Source of the DNA: an uncultured Bacteroidia bacterium
GTDB taxonomy: Bacteria > Bacteroidota > Bacteroidia > NS11-12g > UBA955
Direction of reading: 5' to 3'
DNA length: 64,000 nucleotides
Assembly (NCBI GenBank): GCA_943788195.1
Contig: CALSPH010000001.1
Location: forward strand, 1,187,595-1,251,594
A model generated the notes under the pieces. That model saw only the letters and a list, made by a program, of their open reading frames with translations. It had not been told where the DNA came from and did no database searches. Position 1 is the first letter of the stretch. The number at the start of each line of letters is the position of its first letter. Below are positions 10,389-26,955 of the stretch, one piece after another. Position numbers and translations under genes: made by a program.

Positions 10389-11531
10389 ATGAACTTTCAA
10401 GAAACAGAAAATGTAAAACTAATTAAGCAAACCGTTAGAGATTTTGCTGAAAAAGAAATTAGACCAAATCTAATGGTTTGGGATGAAAGTCAGGAATTTC
10501 CAATAGCGACCATGAAAAAATTGGGAGAGCAGGGTTTGATGGGCATGTTGGTTCCAGAAGAATATGGAGGTTCAGGTTTGGGTTATTTTGAATATATGAC
10601 AGCAATAATAGAAGTGTCTAAAGTTTGTGGTAGCGTTGGCCTTTCAATGGCAGCGCACAATAGCTTGTGTACCGGTCATATTATGGCATTTGGAAATGAG
10701 GCACAAAAGAAAAAGTGGTTGCCAAAATTAGCGTCTGCAGAATGGATTGGTGCTTGGGGTCTAACAGAAGCTAATACAGGCAGTGACGCTATGCGCATGA
10801 AATGTGTCGCTAAAAAGGACGGGGATAATTGGGTTCTTAATGGAGCTAAGAATTGGATTACCCATGGAATAAGTGGAGATGTAGCTGTTGTTTTAGCCAG
10901 AACAGGGGATCTATTGGATTCTAGAGGTATTACAGCCTTTGTTGTTGAGCGCGGAACACCTGGTTTTAAAGCAGGTAAGAAAGAAAACAAACTTGGAATG
11001 CGAGCTTCGGAAACAGCAGAAATGATTTTTGAAGATTGTGTTGTACCAAATGAAAACGTGCTTGGTGAAGTTGGAGAAGGTTTTATTCAAGCGATGAAGG
11101 TGTTGGACGGAGGAAGAATATCGATTGCTTCACTTTCATTGGGAATTGCCACTGGTGCATATGAGGCAGCATTGAATTACAGTAAGGAAAGAGAGCAATT
11201 TGGACAGCCTATTTCAAAATTTCAGGCAATAGGCTTTAAATTAGCTGATATGAAAATGAAAATCGAGGCAGCAACGCTGCTAACCGAACAAGCCTGCGAT
11301 TTGAAAAACAAGAAATTACCGATGACTAAAGTTTCAGCCATGGCAAAATATGCCGCTTCTGAAACCGCAGTTGAAGTAAGCACAGATGCCGTACAGATTT
11401 ATGGAGGGTATGGATATACCAAAGATTTTCCAGTAGAGAAATTTTACCGAGATTCTAAATTATGTACCATTGGTGAAGGAACCAGTGAGATTCAGAAACT
11501 GGTAATCGCCCGATCAATATTGAGGGATTAG
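10389..11531 (+). CDS. Acyl-CoA dehydrogenase (short-chain/butyryl-CoA dehydrogenase-like)
   Basis: 380 aa. Full-length ACAD fold motifs ([14 protein letters not shown], ..YGGYGY..), with the catalytic Glu region near the C-terminus (IGEGTSEIQ). Confidence 0.85.
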   Translation: MNFQETENVKLIKQTVRDFAEKEIRPNLMVWDESQEFPIATMKKLGEQGLMGMLVPEEYGGSGLGYFEYMTAIIEVSKVCGSVGLSMAAHNSLCTGHIMAFGNEAQKKKWLPKLASAEWIGAWGLTEANTGSDAMRMKCVAKKDGDNWVLNGAKNWITHGISGDVAVVLARTGDLLDSRGITAFVVERGTPGFKAGKKENKLGMRASETAEMIFEDCVVPNENVLGEVGEGFIQAMKVLDGGRISIASLSLGIATGAYEAALNYSKEREQFGQPISKFQAIGFKLADMKMKIEAATLLTEQACDLKNKKLPMTKVSAMAKYAASETAVEVSTDAVQIYGGYGYTKDFPVEKFYRDSKLCTIGEGTSEIQKLVIARSILRD

Positions 11532-11559
11532 TTGGATAGAAAAAAAAAGTAAAACACTC

Positions 11560-11589
11560 TTGAATATAAAGAAGAGTTTATTACCTTTG
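11560..11589 (+). promoter_or_regulatory. Bacteroidota sigma-A-type promoter candidate for rpsU
   Basis: TTG (11560-62), a 19-nt spacer, then TAccTTTG (11582-89). This matches the Bacteroidetes -33/-7 consensus TTG-N19-21-TAnnTTTG, 34 nt upstream of the rpsU ATG. Confidence 0.4.
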
Positions 11590-11622
11590 CAATCCCGTAT
11601 AAAAGCGGAGGTGGAATAAATT

Positions 11623-11820
11623 ATGTTAACAGTTACAGTAAAAGAAGCAGAGAATTTAGACAAAGCGCTAAAGAAATTCAAAAAGAAATTTGAAAGAACC
11701 GGAGTTGTAAAGGAGTTGAGAAAACGTCAGCAATTTACAAAGGGTTCTGTAAATAGAAGATTTGAAATACGAAAAGCACAATATAAACAAAAGTTAAGAA
11801 GAGAAGAAGAAGGCGAGTAG
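11623..11820 (+). CDS. rpsU: 30S ribosomal protein S21
   Basis: 65 aa: MLTVTVKEAENLDKALKKFKKKFERTGVVKELRKRQQFTKGS..., the classic bS21. Confidence 0.9.
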   Translation: MLTVTVKEAENLDKALKKFKKKFERTGVVKELRKRQQFTKGSVNRRFEIRKAQYKQKLRREEEGE

Positions 11821-11845
11821 GCCAACTTCATACTTCAATAATTAA

Positions 11846-11876
11846 CCACTGCGGATTTCCGCAGTGGTTTTTTTTG
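11846..11876 (+). terminator. Rho-independent terminator after rpsU
   Basis: Stem CCACTGCGG, loop ATTT, stem CCGCAGTGG, followed by T9. Confidence 0.6.
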
Positions 11877-11924
11877 TCTTCTAAAACGGTGTGATCTTTT
11901 TGTATATTTGAATACAAGCTTATA

Positions 11925-12803
11925 GTGTCTTATTTTTTTGAAAATGAATATCGAAATTATCTAAGTGCTGAAAAAAATTATTCAGTTCATACCACCAGGG
12001 CATACCTTAGAGATATGGAAGCTTTCCAGGCGTTTTCTCATAAAGAATTTGAGATCTCAGATTTGCGCTATTGCAACGCCACCATTGTACGTAGTTATTT
12101 GGTTTACCTCTCAAATATCCCATTAGAGAAACGCAGCATCAATAGAAAGTTATCATCCTTGAAACGCTATTTTAAGTTTCTATTAAAACGTGGAGCTATT
12201 GATGTTAATCCTACTCAAGAAATTAATGGATTAAAAGAGCCCAAACCCTTGCCACAGCATATTCCGAAAAAACAAATCAATGCTTTATTGGATACTGCAA
12301 AGAATCACGAGAATTTGGATGCAATGGATTATGTCTTAGTGGCTGTTTTATATAATACAGGAGCTAGAATTGATGAAATAATTAACCTCAAGTTAAGTGC
12401 CATTGATTTTGAAGCAATGCGCATTAAGGTATTGGGCAAGCGGAACAAGGAGCGTTTGGTTCCATATGGTGATGAACTGAATGGGATATTGCAAAATTAT
12501 ATTCACGAAGTTTCTCCTGTAGAGTATCTTTTTGAGTATAGAACTAAGCCATTGTCTCCACGTAAGGCATACACGCTGGTTAATGGTTTTTTGTCGAATA
12601 TACCTCAGATTTCGAAGAAAAGCCCGCACGTTTTGAGGCATAGTTTTGCCACGCATTTGTTAGAAAATGGGTCGGAATTGAATGTGATAAAAGAGTTGTT
12701 AGGTCATTCAGACCTTTCAGCAACTCAAATTTATACGCATACAAGCATAGAGAAATTAAAAAAAATCCATAACTTAGCGCATCCAAGAGGCAAAAGAAAA
12801 TAG
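11925..12803 (+). CDS. Tyrosine-type site-specific recombinase (XerC/XerD family)
   Basis: 292 aa. The C-terminal catalytic region HVLRHSFATHLLENG...LLGHSDLSATQIYTH carries the R..H..R..Y residues. The N-terminal SAM-like core-binding domain is present. Confidence 0.8.
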   Translation: MSYFFENEYRNYLSAEKNYSVHTTRAYLRDMEAFQAFSHKEFEISDLRYCNATIVRSYLVYLSNIPLEKRSINRKLSSLKRYFKFLLKRGAIDVNPTQEINGLKEPKPLPQHIPKKQINALLDTAKNHENLDAMDYVLVAVLYNTGARIDEIINLKLSAIDFEAMRIKVLGKRNKERLVPYGDELNGILQNYIHEVSPVEYLFEYRTKPLSPRKAYTLVNGFLSNIPQISKKSPHVLRHSFATHLLENGSELNVIKELLGHSDLSATQIYTHTSIEKLKKIHNLAHPRGKRK

Positions 12804-12834
12804 CCTATTTTGTACTTAAAACCTATCCTAAAAT

Positions 12835-13131
12835 ATGAACATTACCTTTCAAGCAGTTAACTTTAAAGCAGATCGCAAACTTATTAAATTCATTACTGAA
12901 AAAGTCAGTAAGCTAGATCACTTTTATGATAAAATTGTAGATGCGGTGGTTTATCTAAAAATCGAAAACTCGAATAATAATTCGAATAAGCTGATGGAGC
13001 TTAAGTTGAACGTAACAAATTCTACATTATTTGCCGAAGACAGAAGTTCAAGTTTTGAATCTGCATGCGACTTAGTGAATGATTCTATGCGCAATCAATT
13101 GATGAAATTTAAGGGTCGTCAAAAGGCATAA
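12835..13131 (+). CDS. hpf: Ribosome hibernation promoting factor / ribosome-associated inhibitor A (short HPF)
   Basis: 98 aa: MNITFQAVNFKADRKLIKFITEKVSKL...VYLK, an HPF/RaiA/YfiA fold signature. Confidence 0.75.
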   Translation: MNITFQAVNFKADRKLIKFITEKVSKLDHFYDKIVDAVVYLKIENSNNNSNKLMELKLNVTNSTLFAEDRSSSFESACDLVNDSMRNQLMKFKGRQKA

Positions 13132-13148
13132 AAAATCTTTAAAAGACT

Positions 13149-13179
13149 ATTGCACAATTCATCTGAATAACATACTTTT
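13149..13179 (+). promoter_or_regulatory. Candidate Bacteroidota-type promoter for the tRNA-tuf transcription unit
   Basis: TTG (13149-51), a 20-nt spacer, then TAcTTTTG (13172-79), about 88 nt upstream of tRNA-Thr. Confidence 0.35.
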
Positions 13180-13266
13180 GCAGTCCTTTTAGAAAGACGT
13201 TGATATACGTATGTCTTTTTACAGGGGTGTTCTTAAGGTAATACGTGCAATAAACCTAGTAATATT

Positions 13267-13341
13267 GCCGACTTAGCTCAGTTGGTAGAGCAGCTGATTT
13301 GTAATCAGCCGGTCGTTGGTTCGAGTCCAATAGTCGGCTCC
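13267..13341 (+). tRNA. tRNA-Thr (anticodon TGT), CCA encoded
   Basis: Acceptor GCCGACT/AGTCGGC, D-arm GCTCAGTTGGTAGAGC, anticodon loop TTTGTAA, T-arm GGTTCGAGTCC, 3' CCA. Confidence 0.9.
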
Positions 13342-13382
13342 ATTTTTGGATTTTAAGAAGAAGATTTTTGAAATTCAATTAT

Positions 13383-13463
13383 GGGGAGATACCAGAGCGG
13401 TCAAATGGGGCAGACTGTAAATCTGCTGCTTCGGCTACGTAGGTTCGAATCCTACTCTCCCCA
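13383..13463 (+). tRNA. tRNA-Tyr (anticodon GTA), long variable arm
   Basis: Acceptor GGGGAGA/TCTCCCC, anticodon loop CTGTAAA, long extra arm, T-arm GGTTCGAATCC. Confidence 0.9.
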
Positions 13464-13495
13464 CAATTAGGTTTATTGTTGCTTTGAAAGCACAT

Positions 13496-13568
13496 GCGGG
13501 AGTAGCTCAGCTGGTAGAGCGACAGCCTTCCAAGCTGTAGGTCGCGAGTTCGAACCTCGTCTCCCGCT
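13496..13568 (+). tRNA. tRNA-Gly (anticodon TCC)
   Basis: Acceptor GCGGGAG/CTCCCGC, anticodon loop CTTCCAA, T-arm AGTTCGAAC. Confidence 0.9.
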
Positions 13569-13600
13569 CTGTTAGCAAACGTACTAAATTAAGAACGCAA

Positions 13601-13614
13601 GCCGTTGTAGCTCA
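13601..13614 (+). repeat. 14-bp direct repeat copying the 5' end of the downstream tRNA-Thr(GGT) (GCCGTTGTAGCTCA), followed by 85 bp of non-tRNA sequence
   Basis: Exact identity of 13601-13614 with 13700-13713. The sequence after it does not fold as a tRNA (no D, anticodon or T arms). Confidence 0.6.
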
Positions 13615-13699
13615 AAGGTTGAAAATGCAGAAGCGATTCTGTAATGGAGGTCACAACTTGGTGAGGAAGTATAAGCCTTGGAGCAATATCGGAAAACTA

Positions 13700-13771
13700 G
13701 CCGTTGTAGCTCAGGGGTAGAGCACTTCCTTGGTAAGGAAGAGGCCAGGGGTTCAAATCCCCTCAATGGCT
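13700..13771 (+). tRNA. tRNA-Thr (anticodon GGT)
   Basis: Acceptor GCCGTTG/CAATGGC (one G-U pair), D-arm GCTCAGGGGTAGAGC, anticodon loop TTGGTAA, T-arm GGTTCAAATCC. Confidence 0.9.
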
Positions 13772-13837
13772 CAAGTTTAATAGTAAAGTATTAAATAAAA
13801 AAAAGAATTATAAAACAAAAATTAAACTTATAATAAA

Positions 13838-15025
13838 ATGGCAAAAGAAAATTTTGATCGTTCCAAAGAACATTTGAATATTGGAACAATTGGTCACGTT
13901 GACCACGGAAAAACGACATTAACTGCAGCAATTTCATCAGTACTTTCAGGTGCAGGCGGTGGAGAGAAAGCAAGTTTTGAATCTATTGACTCTGCTCCAG
14001 AGGAAAAAGAAAGAGGTATTACGATTAATACTGCTCACATTGAGTATGAAACTGCAAATCGTCATTACGCCCACGTTGATTGTCCAGGTCACGCGGATTA
14101 TGTAAAAAACATGGTAACAGGTGCTGCTCAAATGGATGGTGCAATTTTAGTTGTTGCAGCAACGGATGGTCCAATGCCGCAAACAAGAGAGCATATCCTT
14201 TTAGCAAGACAAGTAGGTGTGCCAAGATTGGTAGTATTTATGAATAAAGTAGATTTAGTAGATGATGCTGAATTACTTGAACTTGTTGAATTGGAAATGA
14301 GAGAATTGCTTGAATTCTATGAATTTGATGCTGAAAATACACCAATCATTCAAGGTTCTGCTTTAGGAGCTTTAAATGGAGAAGAAAAATGGGTTGCTAC
14401 CGTTAATGAATTAATGGAAGCTGTTGATACATGGATTCCTGTTCCTCCAAGATTGGTAGATCAGCCTTTCCTAATGCCTATTGAGGATGTATTCTCAATT
14501 ACAGGTCGCGGAACTGTTGCAACCGGTAGAATTGAAAGAGGTGTTACTAATGTAAACGATACCGTAGATATTATTGGTATGGGAGCTGAAAAGTTAACTT
14601 CTACAGTTACTGGAGTTGAAATGTTCCGTAAAATACTAGATAGAGGTGAAGCTGGTGATAATGCAGGTATTCTTTTAAGAGGTATTGAGAAAACTGATAT
14701 CAAAAGAGGAATGGTAATCTGTAAACCAGGTTCTGTTACTCCACACACTAAATTCAAAGCTGAGGTTTATATCCTAAGCAAAGAAGAAGGTGGGCGTCAC
14801 ACTCCTTTCTTTAATAAATACAGACCACAGTTCTATTTCAGAACGACAGATGTAACAGGAGAAATCATGTTGCCTTCAGGAACTGAAATGGTTATGCCTG
14901 GAGATAACATTACAATTGAAGTTGAGTTAATCGCTAAAATTGCAATGGAAAAAGGACTTCGTTTTGCAATCCGTGAGGGTGGTAGAACTGTAGGTGCTGG
15001 TCAGGTAACTGAAATATTAGATTAA
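13838..15025 (+). CDS. tuf: Translation elongation factor Tu
   Basis: 395 aa with [17 protein letters not shown] and NKVD G-domain motifs. Intact. Confidence 0.97.
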   Translation: MAKENFDRSKEHLNIGTIGHVDHGKTTLTAAISSVLSGAGGGEKASFESIDSAPEEKERGITINTAHIEYETANRHYAHVDCPGHADYVKNMVTGAAQMDGAILVVAATDGPMPQTREHILLARQVGVPRLVVFMNKVDLVDDAELLELVELEMRELLEFYEFDAENTPIIQGSALGALNGEEKWVATVNELMEAVDTWIPVPPRLVDQPFLMPIEDVFSITGRGTVATGRIERGVTNVNDTVDIIGMGAEKLTSTVTGVEMFRKILDRGEAGDNAGILLRGIEKTDIKRGMVICKPGSVTPHTKFKAEVYILSKEEGGRHTPFFNKYRPQFYFRTTDVTGEIMLPSGTEMVMPGDNITIEVELIAKIAMEKGLRFAIREGGRTVGAGQVTEILD

Positions 15026-15041
15026 TTTAAATAAAATAAAA

Positions 15042-15076
15042 AGGGATAGCGCAAGCTTGGCACTATCCCTTTTGTT
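15042..15076 (+). terminator. Hairpin followed by T-tract after tuf
   Basis: AGGGATAGCG..loop..CACTATCCCT followed by TTTGTT. This is a partial terminator before tRNA-Trp/secE. Confidence 0.45.
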
Positions 15077-15079
15077 AAA

Positions 15080-15151
15080 AGGGGTATAGTACAATGGCTA
15101 GTATAGAGGTCTCCAAAACCTTTGATCTGGGTTCGAATCCTAGTACCCCTG
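15080..15151 (+). tRNA. tRNA-Trp (anticodon CCA)
   Basis: Acceptor AGGGGTA/TACCCCT, anticodon loop CTCCAAA, T-arm GGTTCGAATCC. It sits at the canonical position between tuf and secE. Confidence 0.9.
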
Positions 15152-15165
15152 CTAAATAAAAGAAG

Positions 15166-15366
15166 ATGATTAAGAAAATTAGAGACGCTTGGAGCAATTC
15201 CTTTGATGAGCTGACCAACAAAGTAAGTTGGCCAACTTGGCCAGAGCTGTTGGAAAGTACATGGATTACCATTGTAGCTACTTTCATCTTTGCGCTTATC
15301 ATTTTAGTAATGGATAAAGCATTGGGATTCACTGTAGGTTATTACTTGACTAATTTTAGATTTTAA
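15166..15366 (+). CDS. secE: Preprotein translocase subunit SecE
   Basis: 66 aa, single TM, N-terminus MIKKIRDAWSNSFDELTNKVSWP... Located between tRNA-Trp and nusG. Confidence 0.85.
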   Translation: MIKKIRDAWSNSFDELTNKVSWPTWPELLESTWITIVATFIFALIILVMDKALGFTVGYYLTNFRF

Positions 15367-15371
15367 GAAAA

Positions 15372-15921
15372 GTGATGGCGGCAGAGCAAGAGTTTAAATG
15401 GTATGTTGTTCGTGCAATTAGCGGACAAGAAAAAAAGGTGAAATCCTATATTGAGCTGGAACTTGATCGTGCTAAGCTGAGCAAATTTGTGCCAGAAATA
15501 TTGATACCTCTTGAAAAAAGGTATAAAGTGAAGGATGGTAAAAAATCAGTAAAAGAAGCAAACGCTTTTCCTGGTTATATTCTGGTTAACGCAAATTTAG
15601 TAGGAGAGGTTGCTCCTATAATCAAATCAGTAAATGGGCGTTGTTGGATTTTTAGGAGTAGATGGCGAACCAATTCCTTTAAGAATTGGTGAAGTCAACA
15701 GAATTCTAGGAAAAGTGGATGAGCAAGCAAGCTCGGAATCAATGGAAGGAGATCATTTCATGGTAGGTGAGTTTATTAAAGTTACAGACGGACCTTTTAA
15801 TGGGTTTAGTGGGGTAATTGAGGAAGTGAACGCAGAGAAAAAGAAACTTAAAGTAATGGTTAAGATATTTGGAAGAAGAACTCCATTGGAACTTAACTAT
15901 ATGCAAGTTGAAAAAGAATAA
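15372..15921 (+). pseudogene. nusG: Transcription antiterminator NusG, reading frame broken once in this sequence (probably artefactual)
   Basis: The N-terminal NGN domain (FKWYVVRAISGQEKKV...) reads in frame 1 up to ~15650. The KOW domain (GEFIKVTDGPFNGFSGVIEEV...) continues in ORF 15634-15921. The context aatggg-c-gttgttgg suggests a single extra base. Confidence 0.85.
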
Positions 15922-15923
15922 AA

Positions 15924-16367
15924 ATGGCTAAAGAAATAGAAGGATTTTTGAAGTTACAGGTACGGGGAGGTGCAGCTAATCCTGCTCCACCGATTGGACC
16001 CGCCCTAGGTGCTAAAGGCATCAACATTGTTGAGTTCTGTAAGCAGTTTAACGCTAGAACTCAAGATAAGCAAGGCAAATTGTTGCCTGTATTGGTTACG
16101 TATTACAAAGACAAATCATTTGAATTTGTAATAAAAACACCACCCGTTGCAACTCAATTATTGGAAGCAGCGAAACTTAAAAAAGGTTCTGCTGAACCAA
16201 ACCGAGCTAAAGTCGGTAAAGTTTCTTGGGATCAGGTGGCAACCATTGCAGAGGCTAAAATGCCAGATTTAAATTGCTTTACAGTAGAATCTGCCATGAA
16301 TATGGTAGCGGGTACTGCGCGAAGTATGGGAATTAACATAACCGGTCAAAGACCTTCAAATTCGTAG
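15924..16367 (+). CDS. rplK: 50S ribosomal protein L11
   Basis: 147 aa, [29 protein letters not shown]... Confidence 0.95.
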   Translation: MAKEIEGFLKLQVRGGAANPAPPIGPALGAKGINIVEFCKQFNARTQDKQGKLLPVLVTYYKDKSFEFVIKTPPVATQLLEAAKLKKGSAEPNRAKVGKVSWDQVATIAEAKMPDLNCFTVESAMNMVAGTARSMGINITGQRPSNS

Positions 16368-16370
16368 ATC

Positions 16371-17066
16371 ATGAAATTAACAAAGAATAGAAAGGCCATA
16401 CAAGGTAAAGTTGATCAGAATAAAGAATATTCTTTACCTGAAGCAACTGTATTAGTAAAAGAGTGTTCAACTGAAAAGTTTGATGCATCCGTTGATTTAG
16501 ACATACGACTTGGTGTAGATCCAAAACAAGCCAATCAAATGGTAAGAGGTATTACTTCTTTACCGCATGGTACAGGTAAAACAATGCGTGTTTTGGTGCT
16601 TTGTACACCAGAAAAGGAAGAAGAAGCCAAAGAAGCAGGTGCTGATTTTGTTGGATTGGACGAATACGTAGATAAGATTTCTCAAGGTTGGACCGATATT
16701 GATGTAATTATTACAATGCCAGCAGTTATGGGAAAAATTGGTAAATTAGGTAGAGTTCTTGGACCAAGAAACTTAATGCCAAATCCAAAATCTGGAACCG
16801 TAACTACGGAAGTAGGTAAAGCAGTAAAAGAAGTTAAAGCGGGTAAAATTGATTTTAAAGTTGATAAAACTGGAATTATCCATGCATCAGTGGGTAAGAG
16901 ATCATTTACACCTGAGCAATTAACAGAAAATGCAGCTGAGCTTATTACTACAATTAATAAACTTAAACCATCTTCATCTAAAGGCACATACTTTAAATCA
17001 ATAAGTATGTCTTCTACAATGGGTGTTGGAATTAAAGTAGATCCAAGTACGGTACCTGGAATTTAA
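16371..17066 (+). CDS. rplA: 50S ribosomal protein L1
   Basis: 231 aa, typical uL1. Confidence 0.95.
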   Translation: MKLTKNRKAIQGKVDQNKEYSLPEATVLVKECSTEKFDASVDLDIRLGVDPKQANQMVRGITSLPHGTGKTMRVLVLCTPEKEEEAKEAGADFVGLDEYVDKISQGWTDIDVIITMPAVMGKIGKLGRVLGPRNLMPNPKSGTVTTEVGKAVKEVKAGKIDFKVDKTGIIHASVGKRSFTPEQLTENAAELITTINKLKPSSSKGTYFKSISMSSTMGVGIKVDPSTVPGI

Positions 17067-17084
17067 AACTAAAAGGAGAGAACA

Positions 17085-17612
17085 ATGGCAATGAAACAAA
17101 CAGAAAAGAATAAGATAGTAGAAGAACTTACATCTTCATTCAACGCTTCTGACTTTATATATCTTACGGACTCATCAAGCATGAGTGCTGGAGATACCAA
17201 TAAGTTAAGAAGAGAGTTCCATAAAAATGGGGTAAAAATGAGTGTTGTTAAAAACACACTTATTAAAAGAGCCATGGAGGCATCTGAAAAGGATTTTTCA
17301 GAAATGTATGTTTCTTTAAAAGGAAATACTGCGGTATTGCTTTCAATGAATCTAAAAGCTCCTGCGCTTACCATTAAGAACTTTAGGAAAAAAACAAAAC
17401 GCCCATTATTAAAATCAGCATATATAGACAGTGATGTATTTCTTGGTGATGAGAGTCTAGTAGCTCTTTCTGAACTTAAATCTAAGGAGGATTTAGTCGG
17501 AGAGGTTATTGGTTTACTTCAATCACCAGCTAAGAATGTGCTTTCAGCATTACTTTCAGGAAAAGACACGATTGGTGGGGTTATAAAAGCATTACAAGAA
17601 AAAAACAATTAA
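17085..17612 (+). CDS. rplJ: 50S ribosomal protein L10
   Basis: 175 aa, positioned between rplA and rplL. Confidence 0.9.
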   Translation: MAMKQTEKNKIVEELTSSFNASDFIYLTDSSSMSAGDTNKLRREFHKNGVKMSVVKNTLIKRAMEASEKDFSEMYVSLKGNTAVLLSMNLKAPALTIKNFRKKTKRPLLKSAYIDSDVFLGDESLVALSELKSKEDLVGEVIGLLQSPAKNVLSALLSGKDTIGGVIKALQEKNN

Positions 17613-17628
17613 TTAAATTATTAAAAAA

Positions 17629-18007
17629 ATGTCAGACATTAAAAAACTTGCAGAAGAGTTAGTAAACCTAACAGTAAAGGATGTGAATGAACTCGCTAGC
17701 GTACTAAAAGATGAGTACGGTATTGAGCCAGCAGCAGCTGCAGTAGGTTGCAGCACCAGCTGCAGCAGGCGGAGACGCTGGAGCAGGTGAAGAGAAAACT
17801 GAATTCACAGTTGTCTTGAAAGCACCAGGTGGAGCTAAGTTACAAGTAGTGAAAGCTGTGAAAGAACTTACAGGACTTGGCTTGAAAGAAGCTAAAGATT
17901 TAGTGGATAGTGCACCTTCTAACGTGAAAGAAAATATCGCGAAAGATGAGGCAGAAGCTATTCATGCTAAGTTAACGGAGGCAGGTGCCGAAGTTGAACT
18001 TACGTAA
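17629..18007 (+). pseudogene. rplL: 50S ribosomal protein L7/L12, frame broken in the Ala-rich hinge in this sequence (probably artefactual)
   Basis: ATG at 17629 gives [40 protein letters not shown]. The frame is then lost in the GC-rich gcagcagctgcag hinge. The C-terminal domain (..[30 protein letters not shown]..) is in ORF 17816-18007. Confidence 0.85.
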
Positions 18008-18030
18008 ATTTTATTTACAATAATCAGGAG

Positions 18031-18061
18031 AAGACCCCGAAAATATTCGAGGGTCTTTTTC
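18031..18061 (+). terminator. rplL-rpoB intergenic attenuator/terminator hairpin
   Basis: AAGACCCCGA..loop AAATAT..TCGGGGTCTT followed by T5. This is analogous to the partial terminator between rplL and rpoB in E. coli. Confidence 0.5.
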
Positions 18062-18112
18062 TGCTTGTGTAAATGCAAGCATACTTTTAAGTACCAATAA
18101 AAAAAAATTAAA

Positions 18113-21919
<3,807 letters not shown>

Positions 21920-21942
21920 TATATTAAAAGGATTAAAGTAAA

Positions 21943-26293
<4,351 letters not shown>

Positions 26294-26309
26294 TTCAAAC
26301 TAATTTAGT

Positions 26310-26344
26310 AAATGGGTGCTTGAGAAATCAAGCACCCATTTTTA
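26310..26344 (+). terminator. Strong rho-independent terminator after rpoC
   Basis: 13-bp stem AATGGGTGCTTGA, loop GAAA, stem TCAAGCACCCATT, followed by a T-run. Confidence 0.7.
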
Positions 26345-26388
26345 TGTTCAATTATGTTGAAGATGGCATCTAAATAATAATTATCGAA

Positions 26389-26955
26389 TTAAACGGATTG
26401 AATATAACTCTCAACCACGCCCGCAAAAAATTGATGCTCTAACACAAGCACCTTCTTTTGAATTTGTTCAGCTGTGTCCTCCTCATTTAAGGTTGTGGTT
26501 GCTTGAAATAGCACTTTGCCTTTGTCAAATTCTTTATTCACAAGATGAATGGTCATTCCAGATTGGTTTTCTTGGTTTTGCTTAACCGCTTTATGAACAT
26601 GTTGGCCAAACATTCCTTTACCGCCATAATTAGGTAGGAGGGATGGATGAATATTAATAATTCGGTGAAGATATGATTGTACCAATGTTTCCGGTATTAA
26701 AGCTAAAAAACCGGCTAATATGATAAAGTCAACTTTCTTGCTTTTCAAATCCTGCTCAACATTCCCTTCTCTCAGTTCTTGTTTCGTAAAGGTATAAGTT
26801 GGAACTTCATATGATGTGGCAATATCCAACACACCAGCATTTGGTTTGTTGCTGGCCACCATAGATACCAGAATGTCTTGATGATCTTTGAAATGTTGCA
26901 TCAAACACCTCGCGTTACTTCCAGAGCCGCTTGCAAATATTGCAACCCGTATCAT
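26389..26955 (-). CDS. purN: Phosphoribosylglycinamide formyltransferase
   Basis: 188 aa. N-terminus MIRVAIFASGSGSN and the formyltransferase core (HPSLLP). Confidence 0.85.
   Translation of the reverse strand: MIRVAIFASGSGSNARCLMQHFKDHQDILVSMVASNKPNAGVLDIATSYEVPTYTFTKQELREGNVEQDLKSKKVDFIILAGFLALIPETLVQSYLHRIINIHPSLLPNYGGKGMFGQHVHKAVKQNQENQSGMTIHLVNKEFDKGKVLFQATTTLNEEDTAEQIQKKVLVLEHQFFAGVVESYIQSV

Noticed and set aside
1131-12786. Numerous 60-110-aa ORFs nested inside or antisense to long genes (e.g. 1131-1379, 3399-3608, 6596-6829, 10676-10990, 12393-12656)
   Set aside because: They are fully contained within well-supported genes on the other strand or frame, lack start context, and have low-complexity translations.
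13601-13699. Integrated genetic element delimited by the tRNA-Thr 5' repeat
   Set aside because: Only 85 bp separate the repeats, there is no cargo, and the duplicated segment is the tRNA 5' end rather than the 3' end used by integrases. It is retained only as a low-interest scar or pseudo-tRNA observation.
13584-13973. Minus-strand ORFs of 60 aa (13584-13766 and 13791-13973) from the six-frame track
   Set aside because: They lie antisense over tRNA-Thr(GGT), the upstream spacer and the tuf 5' end. They are fortuitous ORFs over RNA genes or an AT-rich leader.
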